Origin: Leptogorgia sarmentosa
Taxonomy: Eukaryota
NCBI GenBank assembly: GCA_964658305.1
Contig: OZ210884.1
Location: 6,200,001 to 6,264,000, forward strand
Direction of reading: 5' to 3'
Length of the DNA stretch: 64,000 bases
Part shown: positions 13,540 through 29,100 of the stretch, piece after piece
How the letters are laid out: each line of letters opens with the position of its first letter
Position numbering within the stretch: the first letter of the stretch is position 1
Position numbers and translations under genes: made by a program
The notes under the pieces: model-generated
Databases searched by the model: none
Seen by the model: only the letters and a program-made list of their open reading frames with translations
What the model was told of the DNA's origin: nothing

Positions 13540-13794
13540 GGGCCTACTCTGGGGTCTAAACTCGTCGCAAGTTTAGGCAGGTAAAAGCGAGTTAAGGGGA
13601 AATCTGAAAAATCATGCTATGTAGCAGGAGCGAGTAACGAGTTTGTGCGAGTTAAGGCGAGATTAGGCCAGTTTAGGCGAGTTTAGGCGAGTTTAAGCAA
13701 GTTTAGGCGAGTTAAGGGTAAAAGATCATTTCAATAGGCTGCGAGTTTAGGCGAGTTTGGGCGAGTTTAGGCGAGTTTAGACCCCAGAGTAGGC
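13540..13794. mobile_element. MITE with ~23-bp TIRs and internal 10-bp tandem repeats
   Basis: TIRs gcctactctggggtctaaactcg / cgagtttagaccccagagtaggc; internal (gagtttaggc)n; flanking direct repeat cttattgaa. Confidence 0.8.
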
Positions 13795-13848
13795 TTATTG
13801 AACAAGCTAGGAAGCGAGAAAGAAACTTTAATTACTATATCGCCCCAT

Positions 13849-14035
13849 CAGGGCCGTCGCTAGAACGTTAATTGGGGGGGTGCATATTCATATTTTGGCG
13901 TTCTGCCGACTGATTTCTTTAGAAATTAATTCATAAACAACTGATTTCAAAAGAAATCAGTCGGCAGAACGCCAAAATATGAATATGCACCCTCCTCCCC
14001 CCCCCCCCCCCAATTAACGTTCTAGCGACGCCCTG
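13849..14035. mobile_element. Palindromic hAT-like MITE with 8-bp TSD; related copies at ~41930-42072 and ~42220-42380
   Basis: Almost the whole element is an inverted repeat (cagggccgtcgctagaacgttaattggg...cccaattaacgttctagcgacgccctg), flanked by cgccccat on both sides. Confidence 0.85.
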
Positions 14036-14166
14036 CGCCCCATTGTATAATTTGGCAAATTCTATAATCATGAAAGGCATAGCGAAGAGAAGACATGTTG
14101 TCAACATTTAAGTTATTCATTTCTAATGCTTGAATTGTTTCCATTACAGATTTTCTGCATCAGAAA

Positions 14167-17100
14167 ATGATATATCTACATCTTTCAATATTTTTTGTGG
14201 TGTTCCTAAAGGCGAAATCAGGTAATCATAACTGTGAGGTACAACGTTTTGTCCACCATTCATTTTTTCTAGCCTCACCTTTTAGTGCCAAATAAGATAT
14301 AATTTGCTAATTTCTCGTTATCTTCTGATCAATTTTCTCCAACATTAATAAAACAAATTTTGGAATTTTACAAATTTTGAAAGATTCTTAGTCTCAAAAA
14401 TTAGTCCATAATATACACTAAATGTCTGCTCACCAGGGAGATAGTTATCAATCATTCGACGAGGTTTGGCAAAATATCATTGATTTGCTGTGCATAAAAT
14501 TGACCTGTTCGTCCCCTACAAATCACGACATTTTGCCCGAAAAGAGTTCAATAATTCCTTCATTATTCACTTGATAATATTCTCAATTTTGTTTGGTTAA
14601 TTACCTGCATTTTTGTTCTTCAAAGAAAGAGGAAAATCGTCTTCTAAAAGCTTCCGATAAAATTCCACTTGCCTCATAAAGTTTGCCGAATTTTTTTCTT
14701 ATAACAGGCAATGAAGTCAGACACCTGGAATAGTCCGCCTAATCCAACAATTCTTTTGCAATCTTATTTCTTTAGATAAGATATTTTATTTCCTCTTTAG
14801 CTTCTTGGATAAAAGTGCAAGGACAACTGAGACAATTGGATGTCAGTTCTTCGAATGTCTTTTGGGCTGTCGACAGTGAAGATTTTATATATATTGGTGA
14901 TGGAACAACACGGCAACTGGTTTCCGGACGTCTTACTCATGTTTCTACTGGTGGTTCGGGCATTTGGGGGGTCAATGTACACAACCACACCTATTGTCGC
15001 CGAGGAGTTACAGAAAGTATCCCGCAAGGAACAGACTGGTTATTCACTGACGGTGGGACAATCTCTGCGTAATATTAATCTAATCATTGTTTGTTCCTTT
15101 CCCTCTTCGATACAAATACCATATAGCGATTAAATAGTGGCCGTATATTTCATTTTCGACAATTGAATCACGGATTCGTATATTTATTTCCAACTATAGC
15201 AGATATTCACAAATGTTGAGGTCTATGTTTAACAATATCACATGGAGTTCAACTAGATCAATTAACTATATTCTTTAAACTTACTTCTACTTCTTGTCTT
15301 AGGCTGAGATGACACTCTCAAAGATAACATTACTAGTTTCAAAATATTTTTTTCTAGAAAATTTCATGATACAGATAGATTCAGGTCCTCCTGGAATAGT
15401 CTATGGTGTTACAACTGCAAACGATATAAAATGCAGAATCGGTTTCAACATTTCTTCGCCACATGGAACTGGTTGGAGAGACGTTCCTGGAACGATGAAA
15501 TATGTTTCATGTGGTCCACATGGATGTTGGGCTGTAAGCTCGAATAATACAATCTGGTTTCGTCATGGCGTAACTCCCGAAAAATGTGAAGGAAGTACCT
15601 GGACAAATGTAGTTGGGCAGTTAAAACAAATCGAGGTAAATTGTTAAGAAGTGGCCAATTGTTCTATGCATTGACGCTTGCTGCTTGGAGTAAACAGGAC
15701 GAACGCAATTACTAAATTTTTCATTTTGTTCTTCCTGTCATGCTCAAGATAGAAAATCGATTCTTTTTTCTCTTTTGTAGGTAAACAGTATGGGACAAGT
15801 GTGTGGAGTCAATACCGCCGGTGTATTATTTGTTCGTGATGGTATTACTGCCAGTAACCCAACCGGAACTATTTGGAGACTTTTAAACTCACCACGTTTT
15901 ATTCATGTGTCACCTGGAAGTGGTTCAATTTGGGGAATTGACTTTACGGATACTGTTTACTATTACATTGGTGAGTTATTTACAAATTAATTTCGTAAAT
16001 AAAATAGTTTAGGAAACAGTCGTAATTGTGCTAATGAACAACTTACAAACGAAATGGCAAGAACCTTTTAAAGCACGAAATCCCATCGGTGCGTCAATGC
16101 TGAGTACAGCTGAGAGTTTTGGAAGATTTTTTAGCTCTACTTTTTTAAACTTTCGTGCTGTCGATGAAATTACAATACTTATCAAAATGTTATACCTTGT
16201 TCTTTTCCAATAAATAGACAGTTACAAAGTCAAACCAACTTTTTAGATTCTGATCAATGTAGAGAAGGAGCACACAATTGTCATCACAACGCTTCGTGTG
16301 CGAATAATTTGGGGAATTCTTTCACTTGCGTGTGCAATCCTGGTTACACAGGAAATGGGAGCTTTTGTGAAGGTTAGTTACGACGCGACAAATTTAACAG
16401 CACGCCCTGTAAATCTCCTTAATGAACAGCGTATAACACTCAGCTGTATTTAATTGGTGAGATGACTTTGTGAGCTAAGGAAGTTTTTTTTCTCCTTCTA
16501 AAAATTATCATTGTGGCTGTATATATTCTGGGAACCCGAGGCTTCTAATAATACTTTATTAACCATCACACCAATCATCTTTTGCTCCGTTTTGTGTCTC
16601 TTCAATTTAAAAAATCCAATTTTTTCTATGACGTTTATTGTGTTCGGTTTCAGATCCTCAATTTAAACCTTTCAGATCTTGATGAATGTACAGCAGGAAC
16701 ACACAATTGCCATGATGACGCAACATGTAGCAATATAATGGGTTCTTACACTTGTCTCTGCAATCCAGGCTTCACAGGGAATGGGACATTTTGTGAAGGT
16801 TAGCTATAACGTCTTACAAATCAGCACGAAATATAATATTTGTTTTTGGTGGTATTGGATTGAGCACGTGCTACATACCTGCAATTTCTTTTTGTTTTCA
16901 ACATGTAACGTTGTAAATGCCGAAGCATATTTTTCTAGAGCATCTTGATTATAAGATCATTCAGCATTTCGTATAAATTACATTCAAACTCCACATGCAG
17001 TATCCTTACTGTTTACCATTTCCTGTTTTATTACGCCATTTTTATCCGCCTAATTCAGCGGATGTTTAAGTGAAAAGTACCCTAGTAAGGTTATTGGCAT

Positions 17101-20100
17101 CATAAAGTTTGGGGAATTATTTTGTGCATGGTAATAGCTCAGAAAGACATGAGCCAATCGGCACAGTTCACCAAATCAAACCCTTCTTTTGCAATCATAT
17201 TTGTTTAGAAAAGATATTTTATTTCTCCTTTAGCTTCTTGGATAAGAGTGCAAGGACAACTGCGACAATTGGATGTCAGTTCTTCCAATGTTTTTTGGGG
17301 TGTCGACAGCGAAGATCTTATATATTTTGGTGATGGAACAACACGGCAACTGGTTTCCGGACGTCTTACTCATGTTTCTATTGGTGGTTCGGGCATTTGG
17401 GGGGTCAATGTGCACAACCAAACATTTTTTCGCCGAGGAGTTACAGAAAGTATCCCGCAAGGAACAGACTGGTTATTCATTGACGGTGAGACAATCTCTA
17501 CATAATATTAATTTAATGATATTTCTTTAACTCTTGCATTTAGAAATACCATATAGCAATTAAATAGTGGTATATACATTCAAATTTCGCCAATGAAAAC
17601 ACGGATTCGTATATTTATTTACAATGATTGGAGATATTCACAAATGTTGAGGTCTATGTTTACCAATATCACATGGAGTTCCACGGGATCAATTAATTAT
17701 ATTCCTTAAATTTACTTCTTCTTTATATCTTACGTAGGTTGAGGTGACACCCTGAAAGATAACATTGCTAGTTTCAAAATATATTTTTCTAGATAATTTC
17801 ATGAAACAGATAGATTCAGGTCCACCTGGAATAGTCTATGGTGTTACAACTGCAAACGATATAAAATGCAGAATCGGTTTCAGTCCTTTTTCGCCACATG
17901 GAACTGGTTGGAGAGACGTTCCTGCAACGATGAAATATGTTTCATGTGGTCCATATGGATGTTGGGCTGTAAACTCGAATAATGCAATCTGGTTTCGTCA
18001 TGGCGTAACTCCCGAAAAATGTGAGGGAAGTACCTGGACAAATGTAGTTGGGCAGTTAAAACAAATCGAGGTAAATTGTTAAGAAGTGGCCAATTGTTCT
18101 ATGCATTGACGCTTGCTGCTTGGAGTAAAAAGGACGAACGCAATTACTAAATTTTTCATTTTGTTCTTCCTCTCATGCTCAAGATAGAAAATCGATTCTT
18201 TTTTCTCTTTTGTAGGTAAACAGTATGGGACAAGTGTGTGGAGTCAATACCGCCGGTGTATTATTTGTTCGTGATGGTATTACTGCCAGTAACCCAACCG
18301 GAACTATTTGGAGACTTTTAAACTCACCACGTTTTATTCATGTGTCACCTGGAAGTGGTTCAATTTGGGGAATTGACTTTACGGATACTGTTTACTATTA
18401 CATTGGTGAGTTATTTACAAATTAATTTCGTAAATAAAATAGTTTAGGAAACAGTCGTAATTGTGCTAATGAACAACTTACAAACGAAATGGCAAGAACC
18501 TTTTAAAGCACGAAATCCCATCGCTGCGTCAATGCTGAGTACAGCTGAGAGTTTTGGAAGATTTTTTAGCTCTACTTTTTTAAACTGTCTTGCTGTCGAT
18601 GAAATTACAATACTTATCAAAATGTTATACCTTGTTCTTTTCCAATAAATAGACAGTTACAAGGTCAAACCAACTTTTTAGATTCTGATCAATGTAGAGA
18701 AGGAGCTAACAATTGTCATCACAACGCTTCGTGTGCGAATAATTTGGGGAATTCTTTCACTTGCGTGTGCAATCCTGGTTACACAGGAAATGGGAGCTTT
18801 TGTGAAGGTTAGTTGCGACACGACAAATTTAACAGCACGCCCTGTAAATCTCCTTAATGAACAGCGTATAACACTCAGCTGTATTTAATTGGTGAGATGA
18901 CTTTGTGAGCTAAGGAAGTTTTTTTTCTCCTTCTAAAAATTATCATTGTGGCTGTATATATTCTGGGAACCCGAGGCTTCTAATAATACTTTATTAACCA
19001 TCACACCAATCATCTTTTGCTCCGTTTTGTGTCTCTTCAATTTAAAACATCCAATTTTTCTATGACGTTTATTGTGTTCGGTTTCAGATCCTCAATTTAA
19101 ACCTTTCAGATCTTGATGAATGTACAGCAGGAACACACAATTGCCATGATGACGCAACATGTAGCAATATAATGGGTTCTTACACTTGTCTCTGCAATCC
19201 AGGCTTCACAGGGAATGGGACATTTTGTGAAGGTTAGCTATAACGTCTTACAAATCTGCACGAAATATAATATTTGTTTTTGGTGGTATTGGATTGAGCA
19301 CGTGCTACATACCTGCAATTTCTTTTTGTTTTCAACATGTAACGTTGTAAATTCCGAAGCATATTTTTCTAGAGCATCTTGATTATAAGATCATTCAGCA
19401 TTTCGTATAAATTACATTCAAACTCCACATGCAGTATCCTTACTGTTTACCATTTCCTGTTTTATTACGCCATTTTTATCCGCCTAATTCAGCGGATGTT
19501 TGAGTGAAAAGTACCCTAGTAAGGTTATTGGCATCATAAAGTTTGGGGAATTTTTTTGTGGTAATAGCTCAGAAAGACATGAGCCAATCGGCACAGTTCA
19601 CCAAATCAAACCCTTCTTTTGCAATCATATTTGTTTAGAAAAGATATTTTATTTCTCCTTTAGCTTCTTGGATAAGAGTGCAAGGACAACTGCGACAATT
19701 GGATGTCAGTTCTTCCAATGTTTTTTGGGGTGTCGACAGCGAAGATCTTATATATTTTGGTGATGGAACAACACGGCAACTGGTTTCCGGACGTCTTACT
19801 CATGTTTCTATTGGTGGTTCGGGCATTTGGGGGGTCAATGTACACAACCAAACCTTTTTTCGCCGAGGAGTTACAGAAAGTATCCCGCAAGGAACAGACT
19901 GGTTATTCATTGACGGTGAGACAATCTCTACGCAATATTAATTTAATGATATTTCTTTATCTCTTGCATTTAGAAATACCATATAGCAATTAAATAGTGG
20001 TATATACATTCAAATTTCGCCAATGAAAACACGGATTCGTATATTTATTTATAATGATAGGAGATATTCACAAATGTTGAGGTCTATATTTACCAATATC

Positions 20101-23100
20101 ACATGGAGTTCAACGGGATCAATTAACTATATTCTTTAAATTTACTTCTACTTTATATCTTACGTATGTTGAGGTGACACCCTGAAAGATAACATTGCTA
20201 GTTTCAAAATATATTTTTCTAGATAATTTCATGATACAGATAGATTCAGGTCCACCTGGAATAGTCTATGGTGTTACAACTGCAAACGATATAAAATGCA
20301 GAATCGGTTTCAGTCCTTTTTCGCCACATGGAACTGGTTGGAGAGACGTTCCTGGAACGATGAAATATGTTTCATGTGGTCCATATGGATGTTGGGCTGT
20401 AAACTCGAATAATGCAATCTGGTTTCGTCATGGCGTAACTCCCGAAAAATGTGAAGGAAGTACCTGGACAAATGTAGTTGGGCAGTTAAAACAAATCGAG
20501 GTAAATTGTTAAGAAGTGGCCAATTGTTCTATGCATTGACGCTTGCTGCTTGGAGTAAACAGGACGAACGCAATTACTAAATTTTTCATTTTGTTCTTCC
20601 TGTCATGCTCAAGATAGATCAATTTTTTTTTCTCTTTTGTAGGTAAACAGTATGGGACAAGTGTGTGGAGTCAATACCGCCGGTGTATTATTTGTTCGTG
20701 ATGGTATTACTGCCAGTAACCCAACCGGAACTATTTGGAGACTTTTAAACTCACCACGTTTTATTCATGTGTCACCTGGAAGTGGTTCAATTTGGGGAAT
20801 TGACTTTACGGATACTGTTTACTATTACATTGGTGAGTTATTTACAAATTAATTTCGTAAATAAAATAGTTTAGGAAACAGTCGTAATTGTGCTAATGAA
20901 CAACTTACAAACGAAATGGCAAGAACCTTTTAAAGCACGAAATCCCATCGGTGCGTCAATGCTGAGTACAGCTGAGAGTTTTGGAAGATTTTTTAGCTCT
21001 ACTTTTTTAAAGTTTCGTGCTGTCGATGAAATTACAATACTTATCAAAATGTTATACCTTGTTCTTTTCCAATAAATAGACAGTTACAAAGTTAAACCAA
21101 CTTTTTAGATTCTGATCAATGTAGAGAAGGAGCACACAATTGTCATCACAACGCTTCGTGTGCGAATAATTTGGGGAATTCTTTCACTTGCGTGTGCAAT
21201 CCTGGTTACACAGGAAATGGTAGCTTTTGTGAAGGTTAGTTACGACGCGACAAATTTAACAGCACGCCCTGTAAATCTCCTTAATGAACAGCGTATAACA
21301 CTCAGCTGTATTTAATTGGTGAGATGACTTTGTGAGCTAAGGAAGTTTTTTTTCTCCTTCTAAAAATTATCATTGTGGCTGTATATATTCTGGGAACCCG
21401 AGGCTTCTAATAATACTTTATTAACCATCACACCAATCATCTTTTGCTCCGTTTTGTGTCTCTTCAATTTAAAACATCCAATTTTTTCTATGACGTTTAT
21501 TGTGTTCGGTTTCAGATCCTCAATTTAAACCTTTCAGATCTTGATGAATGTACAGCAGGAACACACAATTGCCATGATGACGCAACATGTAGCAATATAA
21601 TGGGTTCTTACACTTGTCTCTGCAATCCAGGCTTCACAGGGAATGGGACATTTTGTGAAGGTTAGCTATAACGTCTTACAAATCCGCACGAAATATAATA
21701 TTTGTTTTTGGTGGTATTGGATTGAGCACGTGCTACATACCTGCAATTTCTTTTTGTTTTCAACATGTAACGTTGTAAATGCCGAAGCATATTTTTCTAG
21801 AGCATCTTGATTATAAGATCATTCAGCATTTCGTATAAATTACATTCAAACTCCACATGCAGTATCCTTACTGTTTACCATTTCCTGTTTTATTACGCCA
21901 TTTTTATCCGCCTAATTCAGCGGATGTTTCAGTGAAAAGTACTCTAGTAAGGTTATTGGCATCATAAAGTTTGGGGAATTTTTTTGTGCATGGTAATAGC
22001 TCAGAAAGACATGAGCCAATCGGCACAGTTCACCGAATCAAACCCTTCTTTTGCAATCATATTTGTTTAGAAAAGATATTTTATTTCTCCTTTAGCTTCT
22101 TGGGTAAGAGTGCAAGGACAACTGCGACAATTGGATGTCAGTTCTTCCAATGTTTTTTGGGGTGTCGACAGCGAAGATCTTATATATTTTGGTGATGGAA
22201 CAACACGGCAACTGGTTTCCGGACGTCTTACTCATCTTTCTATTGGTGGTTCGGGCATTTGGGGGGTCAATGTGCACAACCAAACATTTTTTCGCCGAGG
22301 AGTTACAGAAAGTATCCCGCAAGGAACAGACTGGTTATTCATTGACGGTGAGACAATCTCTACGCAATATTAATTTAATGATATTTCTTTATCTCTTGCA
22401 TTTAGAAATACCATATAGCAATTAAATAGTGGTATATACATTCAAATTTCGCCAATGAAAACACGGATTCGTATATTTATTTACAATGATTGGAGATATT
22501 CACAAATGTTGAGGTCTATGTTTACCAATATCACATGGAGTTCCACAGGTTCAATTAATTATATTCCTTAAATTTACTTCTTCTTTATATCTTACGTAGG
22601 TTGAGGTGACACCCTGAAAGATAACATTGCTAGTTTCAAAATATATTTTTCTAGATAATTTCATGATACAGATAGATTCAGGTCCACCTGGAATAGTCTA
22701 TGGTGTTACAACTGCAAACGATATAAAATGCAGAATCGGTTTCAGTCCTTTTTCGCCACATGGAACTGGTTGGAGAGACGTTCCTGGAACGATGAAATAT
22801 GTTTCATGTGGTCCATATGGATGTTGGGCTGTAAACTCGAATAATGCAATCTGGTTTCGTCATGGCGTAACTCCCGAAAAATGTGAAGGAAGTACCTGGA
22901 CAAATGTAGTTGGGCAGTTAAAACAAATCGAGGTAAATTGTTAAGAAGTGGCCAATTGTTCTATGCATTGACGCTTGCTGCTTGGAGTAAACAGGACGAA
23001 CGCAATTACTAAATTTTTCATTTCGTTCTTCCTGTCATGCTCAAGATAGATCAATTTTTTTTCTCTTTTGTAGGTAAACAGTATGGGACAAGTGTGTGGA

Positions 23101-26100
23101 GTCAATACCGCCGGTGTATTATTTGTTCGTGATGGTATTACTGCCAGTAACCCAACCGGAACTATTTGGAGACTTTTAAACTCACCACGTTTTATTCATG
23201 TGTCACCTGGAAGTGGTTCAATTTGGGGAATTGACTTTACGGATACTGTTTACTATTACATTGGTGAGTTATTTACAAATTAATTTCGTAAATAAAATAG
23301 TTTAGGAAACAGTCGTAATTGTGCTAATGAACAACTTACAAACGAAATGGCAAGAACCTTTTAAAGCACGAAATCCCATCGGTGCGTCAATGCTGAGTAC
23401 AGCTGAGAGTTTTGGAAGATTTTTTAGCTCTACTTTTTTAAACTTTCGTGCTGTCGATGAAATTACAATACTTATCAAAATGTTATACCTTGTTCTTTTT
23501 CAATAAATAGACAGTTACAAAGTCAAACCAACTTTTTAGATTCTGATCAATGTAGAGAAGGAGCACACAATTGTCATCACAACGCTTCGTGTGCGAATAA
23601 TTTTGGGAATTCTTTCACTTGCGTGTGCAATCCTGGTTACACAGGAAATGGGAGCTTTTGTGAAGGTTAGTTACGACGCGACAAATTTAACAGCACGCCC
23701 TGTAAATCTCCTTAATGAACAGCGTATAACACTCAGCTGTATTTAATTGGTGAGATGACTTTGTGAGCTAAGGAAGTTTTTTTTCTCCTTCTAAAAATTA
23801 TCATTGTGGCTGTATATATTCTGGGAACCCGAGGCTTCTAATAATACTTTATTAACCATCACACCAATCATCTTTTGCTCCGTTTTGTGTCTCTTCAATT
23901 TAAAACATCCAATTTTTTCTATGACGTTTATTGTGTTCGGTTTCAGATCCTCAATTTAAACCTTTCAGATCTTGATGAATGTACAGCAGGAACACACAAT
24001 TGCCATGATGACGCAACATGTAGCAATATAATGGGTTCTTACACTTGTCTCTGCAATCCAGGCTTCACAGGGAATGGGACATTTTGTGAAGGTTAGCTAT
24101 AACGTCTTACAAATCTGCACGAAATATAATATTTGTTTTTGGTGGTATTGGATTGAGCACGTGCTACATACCTGCAATTTCTTTTTGTTTTCAACATGTA
24201 ACGTTGTAAATGCCGAAGCATATTTTTCTAGAGCATCTTGATTATAAGATCATTCAGCATTTCGTATAAATTACATTCAAACTCCACATGCAGTATCCTT
24301 ACTGTTTACCATTTCCTGTTTTATTACGCCATTTTTATCCGCCTAATTCAGCGGATGTTTCAGTGAAAAGTACTCTAGTAAGGTTATTGGCATCATAAAG
24401 TTTGGGGAATTTTTTTGTGCATGGTAATAGCTCAGAAAGACATGAGCCAATCGGCACAGTTCACCAAATCAAACCCTTCTTTTGCAATCATATTTGTTTA
24501 GAAAAGATATTTTATTTCTCCTTTAGCTTCTTGGATAAGAGTGCAAGGACAACTGCGACAATTGGATGTCAGTTCTTCCAATGTTTTTTGGGGTGTCGAC
24601 AGCGAAGATCTTATATATTTTGGTGATGGAACAACACGGCAACTGGTTTCCGGACGTCTTACTCATCTTTCTATTGGTGGTTCGGGCATTTGGGGGGTCA
24701 ATGTGCACAACCAAACATTTTTTCGCCGAGGAGTTACAGAAAGTATCCCGCAAGGAACAGACTGGTTATTCATTGACGGTGAGACAATATCTACGCAATA
24801 TTAATTTAATGATATTTCTTTATCTCTTGCATTTAGAAATACCATATAGCAATTAAATAGTGGTATATACATTCAAATTTCGCCAATGAAAACACGGATT
24901 CGTATATTTATTTATAATGATAGGAGATATTCACAAATGTTGAGGTCTATATTTACCAATATCACATGGAGTTCAACGGGATCAATTAACTATATTCTTT
25001 AAATTTACTTCTACTTTATATCTTACGTATGTTGAGGTGACACCCTGAAAGATAACATTGCTAGTTTCAAAATATATTTTTCTAGATAATTTCATGATAC
25101 AGATAGATTCAGGTCCACCTGGAATAGTCTATGGTGTTACAACTGCAAACGATATAAAATGCAGAATCGGTTTCAGTCCTTTTTCGCCACATGGAACTGG
25201 TTGGAGAGACGTTCCTGGAACGATGAAATATGTTTCATGTGGTCCATATGGATGTTGGGCTGTAAACTCGAATAATGCAATCTGGTTTCGTCATGGCGTA
25301 ACTCCCGAAAAATGTGAAGGAAGTACCTGGACAAATGTAGTTGGGCAGTTAAAACAAATCGAGGTAAATTGTTAAGAAGTGGCCAATTGTTCTATGCATT
25401 GACGCTTGCTGCTTGGAGTAAACAGGACGAACGCAATTACTAAATTTTTCATTTTGTTCTTCCTGTCATGCTCAAGATAGATCAATTTTTTTTTCTCTTT
25501 TGTAGGTAAACAGTATGGGACAAGTGTGTGGAGTCAATACCGCCGGTGTATTATTTGTTCGTGATGGTATTACTGCCAGTAACCCAACCGGAACTATTTG
25601 GAGACTTTTAAACTCACCACGTTTTATTCATGTGTCACCTGGAAGTGGTTCAATTTGGGGAATTGACTTTACGGATACTGTTTACTATTACATTGGTGAG
25701 TTATTTACAAATTAATTTCGTAAATAAAATAGTTTAGGAAACAGTCGTAATTGTGCTAATGAACAACTTACAAACGAAATGGCAAGAACCTTTTAAAGCA
25801 CGAAATCCCATCGGTGCGTCAATGCTGAGTACAGCTGAGAGTTTTGGAAGATTTTTTAGCTCTACTTTTTTAAACTTTCGTGCTGTCGATGAAATTACAA
25901 TACTTATCAAAATGTTATACCTTGTTCTTTTCCAATAAATAGACAGTTACAAAGTTAAACCAACTTTTTAGATTCTGATCAATGTAGAGAAGGAGCACAC
26001 AATTGTCATCACAACGCTTCGTGTGCGAATAATTTGGGGAATTCTTTCACTTGCGTGTGCAATCCTGGTTACACAGGAAATGGGAGCTTTTGTGAAGGTT

Positions 26101-29100
26101 AGTTACGACGCGACAAATTTAACAGCACGCCCTGTAAATCTCCTTAATGAACAGCGTATAACACTCAGCTGTATTTAATTGGTGAGATGACTTTGTGAGC
26201 TAAGGAAGTTTTTTTTCTCCTTCTAAAAATTATCATTGTGGCTGTATATATTCTGGGAACCCGAGGCTTCTAATAATACTTTATTAACCATCACACCAAT
26301 CATCTTTTGCTCCGTTTTGTGTCTCTTCAATTTAAAACATCCAATTTTTTCTATGACGTTTATTGTGTTCGGTTTCAGATCCTCAATTTAAACCTTTCAG
26401 ATCTTGATGAATGTACAGCAGGAACACACAATTGCCATGATGACGCAACATGTAGCAATATAATGGGTTCTTACACTTGTCTCTGCAATCCAGGCTTCAC
26501 AGGGAATGGGACATTTTGTGAAGGTTAGCTATAACGTCTTACAAATCCGCACGAAATATAATATTTGTTTTTGGTGGTATTGGATTGAGCACGTGCTACA
26601 TACCTGCAATTTCTTTTTGTTTTCAACATGTAACGTTGTAAATGCCGAAGCATATTTTTCTAGAGCATCTTGATTATAAGATCATTCAGCATTTCGTATA
26701 AATTACATTCAAACTCCACATGCAGTATCCTTACTGTTTACCATTTCCTGTTTTATTACGCCATTTTTATCCGCCTAATTCAGCGGATGTTTCAGTGAAA
26801 AGTACTCTAGTAAGGTTATTGGCATCATAAAGTTTGGGGAATTTTTTTGTGCATGGTAATAGCTCAGAAAGACATGAGCCAATCGGCACAGTTCACCGAA
26901 TCAAACCCTTCTTTTGCAATCATATTTGTTTAGAAAAGATATTTTATTTCTCCTTTAGCTTCTTGGGTAAGAGTGCAAGGACAACTGCGACAATTGGATG
27001 TCAGTTCTTCCAATGTTTTTTGGGGTGTCGACAGCGAAGATCTTATATATTTTGGTGATGGAACAACACGGCAACTGGTTTCCGGACGTCTTACTCATCT
27101 TTCTATTGGTGGTTCGGGCATTTGGGGGGTCAATGTGCACAACCAAACATTTTTTCGCCGAGGAGTTACAGAAAGTATCCCGCAAGGAACAGACTGGTTA
27201 TTCATTGACGGTGAGACAATCTCTACGCAATATTAATTTAATGATATTTCTTTATCTCTTGCATTTAGAAATACCATATAGCAATTAAATAGTGGTATAT
27301 ACATTCAAATTTCGCCAATGAAAACACGGATTCGTATATTTATTTACAATGATTGGAGATATTCACAAATGTTGAGGTCTATGTTTACCAATATCACATG
27401 GAGTTCCACAGGTTCAATTAATTATATTCCTTAAATTTACTTCTTCTTTATATCTTACGTAGGTTGAGGTGACACCCTGAAAGATAACATTGCTAGTTTC
27501 AAAATATATTTTTCTAGATAATTTCATGATACAGATAGATTCAGGTCCACCTGGAATAGTCTATGGTGTTACAACTGCAAACGATATAAAATGCAGAATC
27601 GGTTTCAGTCCTTTTTCGCCACATGGAACTGGTTGGAGAGACGTTCCTGGAACGATGAAATATGTTTCATGTGGTCCATATGGATGTTGGGCTGTAAACT
27701 CGAATAATGCAATCTGGTTTCGTCATGGCGTAACTCCCGAAAAATGTGAAGGAAGTACCTGGACAAATGTAGTTGGGCAGTTAAAACAAATCGAGGTAAA
27801 TTGTTAAGAAGTGGCCAATTGTTCTATGCATTGACGCTTGCTGCTTGGAGTAAACAGGACGAACGCAATTACTAAATTTTTCATTTCGTTCTTCCTGTCA
27901 TGCTCAAGATAGATCAATGTTTTTTCTCTTTTGTAGGTAAACAGTATGGGACAAGTGTGTGGAGTCAATACCGCCGGTGTATTATTTGTTCGTGATGGTA
28001 TTACTGCCAGTAACCCAACCGGAACTATTTGGAGACTTTTAAACTCACCACGTTTTATTCATGTGTCACCTGGAAGTGGTTCAATTTGGGGAATTGACTT
28101 TACGGATACTGTTTACTATTACATTGGTGAGTTATTTACAAATTAATTTCGTAAATAAAATAGTTTAGGAAACAGTCGTAATTGTGCTAATGAACAACTT
28201 ACAAACGAAATGGCAAGAACCTTTTAAAGCACGAAATCCCATCGGTGCGTCAATGCTGAGTACAGCTGAGAGTTTTGGAAGATTTTTTAGCTCTACTTTT
28301 TTAAACTTTCGTGCTGTCGATGAAATTACAATACTTATCAAAATGTTATACCTTGTTCTTTTTCAATAAATAGACAGTTACAAAGTCAAACCAACTTTTT
28401 AGATTCTGATCAATGTAGAGAAGGAGCACACAATTGTCATCACAACGCTTCGTGTGCGAATAATTTGGGGAATTCTTTCACTTGCGTGTGCAATCCTGGT
28501 TACACAGGAAATGGGAGCTTTTGTGAAGGTTAGTTACGACGCGACAAATTTAACAGCACGCCCTGTAAATCTCCTTAATGAACAGCGTATAACACTCAGC
28601 TGTATTTAATTGGTGAGATGACTTTGTGAGCTAAGGAAGTTTTTTTTCTCCTTCTAAAAATTATCATTGTGGCTGTATATATTCTGGGAACCCGAGGCTT
28701 CTAATAATACTTTATTAACCATCACACCAATCATCTTTTGCTCCGTTTTGTGTCTCTTCAATTTAAAACATCCAATTTTTTCTATGACGTTTATTGTGTT
28801 CGGTTTCAGATCCTCAATTTAAACCTTTCAGATCTTGATGAATGTACAGCAGGAACACACAATTGCCATGATGACGCAACATGTAGCAATATAATGGGTT
28901 CTTACACTTGTCTCTGCAATCCAGGCTTCACAGGGAATGGGACATTTTGTGAAGGTTAGCTATAACGTCTTACAAATCTGCACGAAATATAATATTTGTT
29001 TTTGGTGGTATTGGATTGAGCACGTGCTACATACCTGCAATTTCTTTTTGTTTTCAACATGTAACGTTGTAAATGCCGAAGCATATTTTTCTAGAGCATC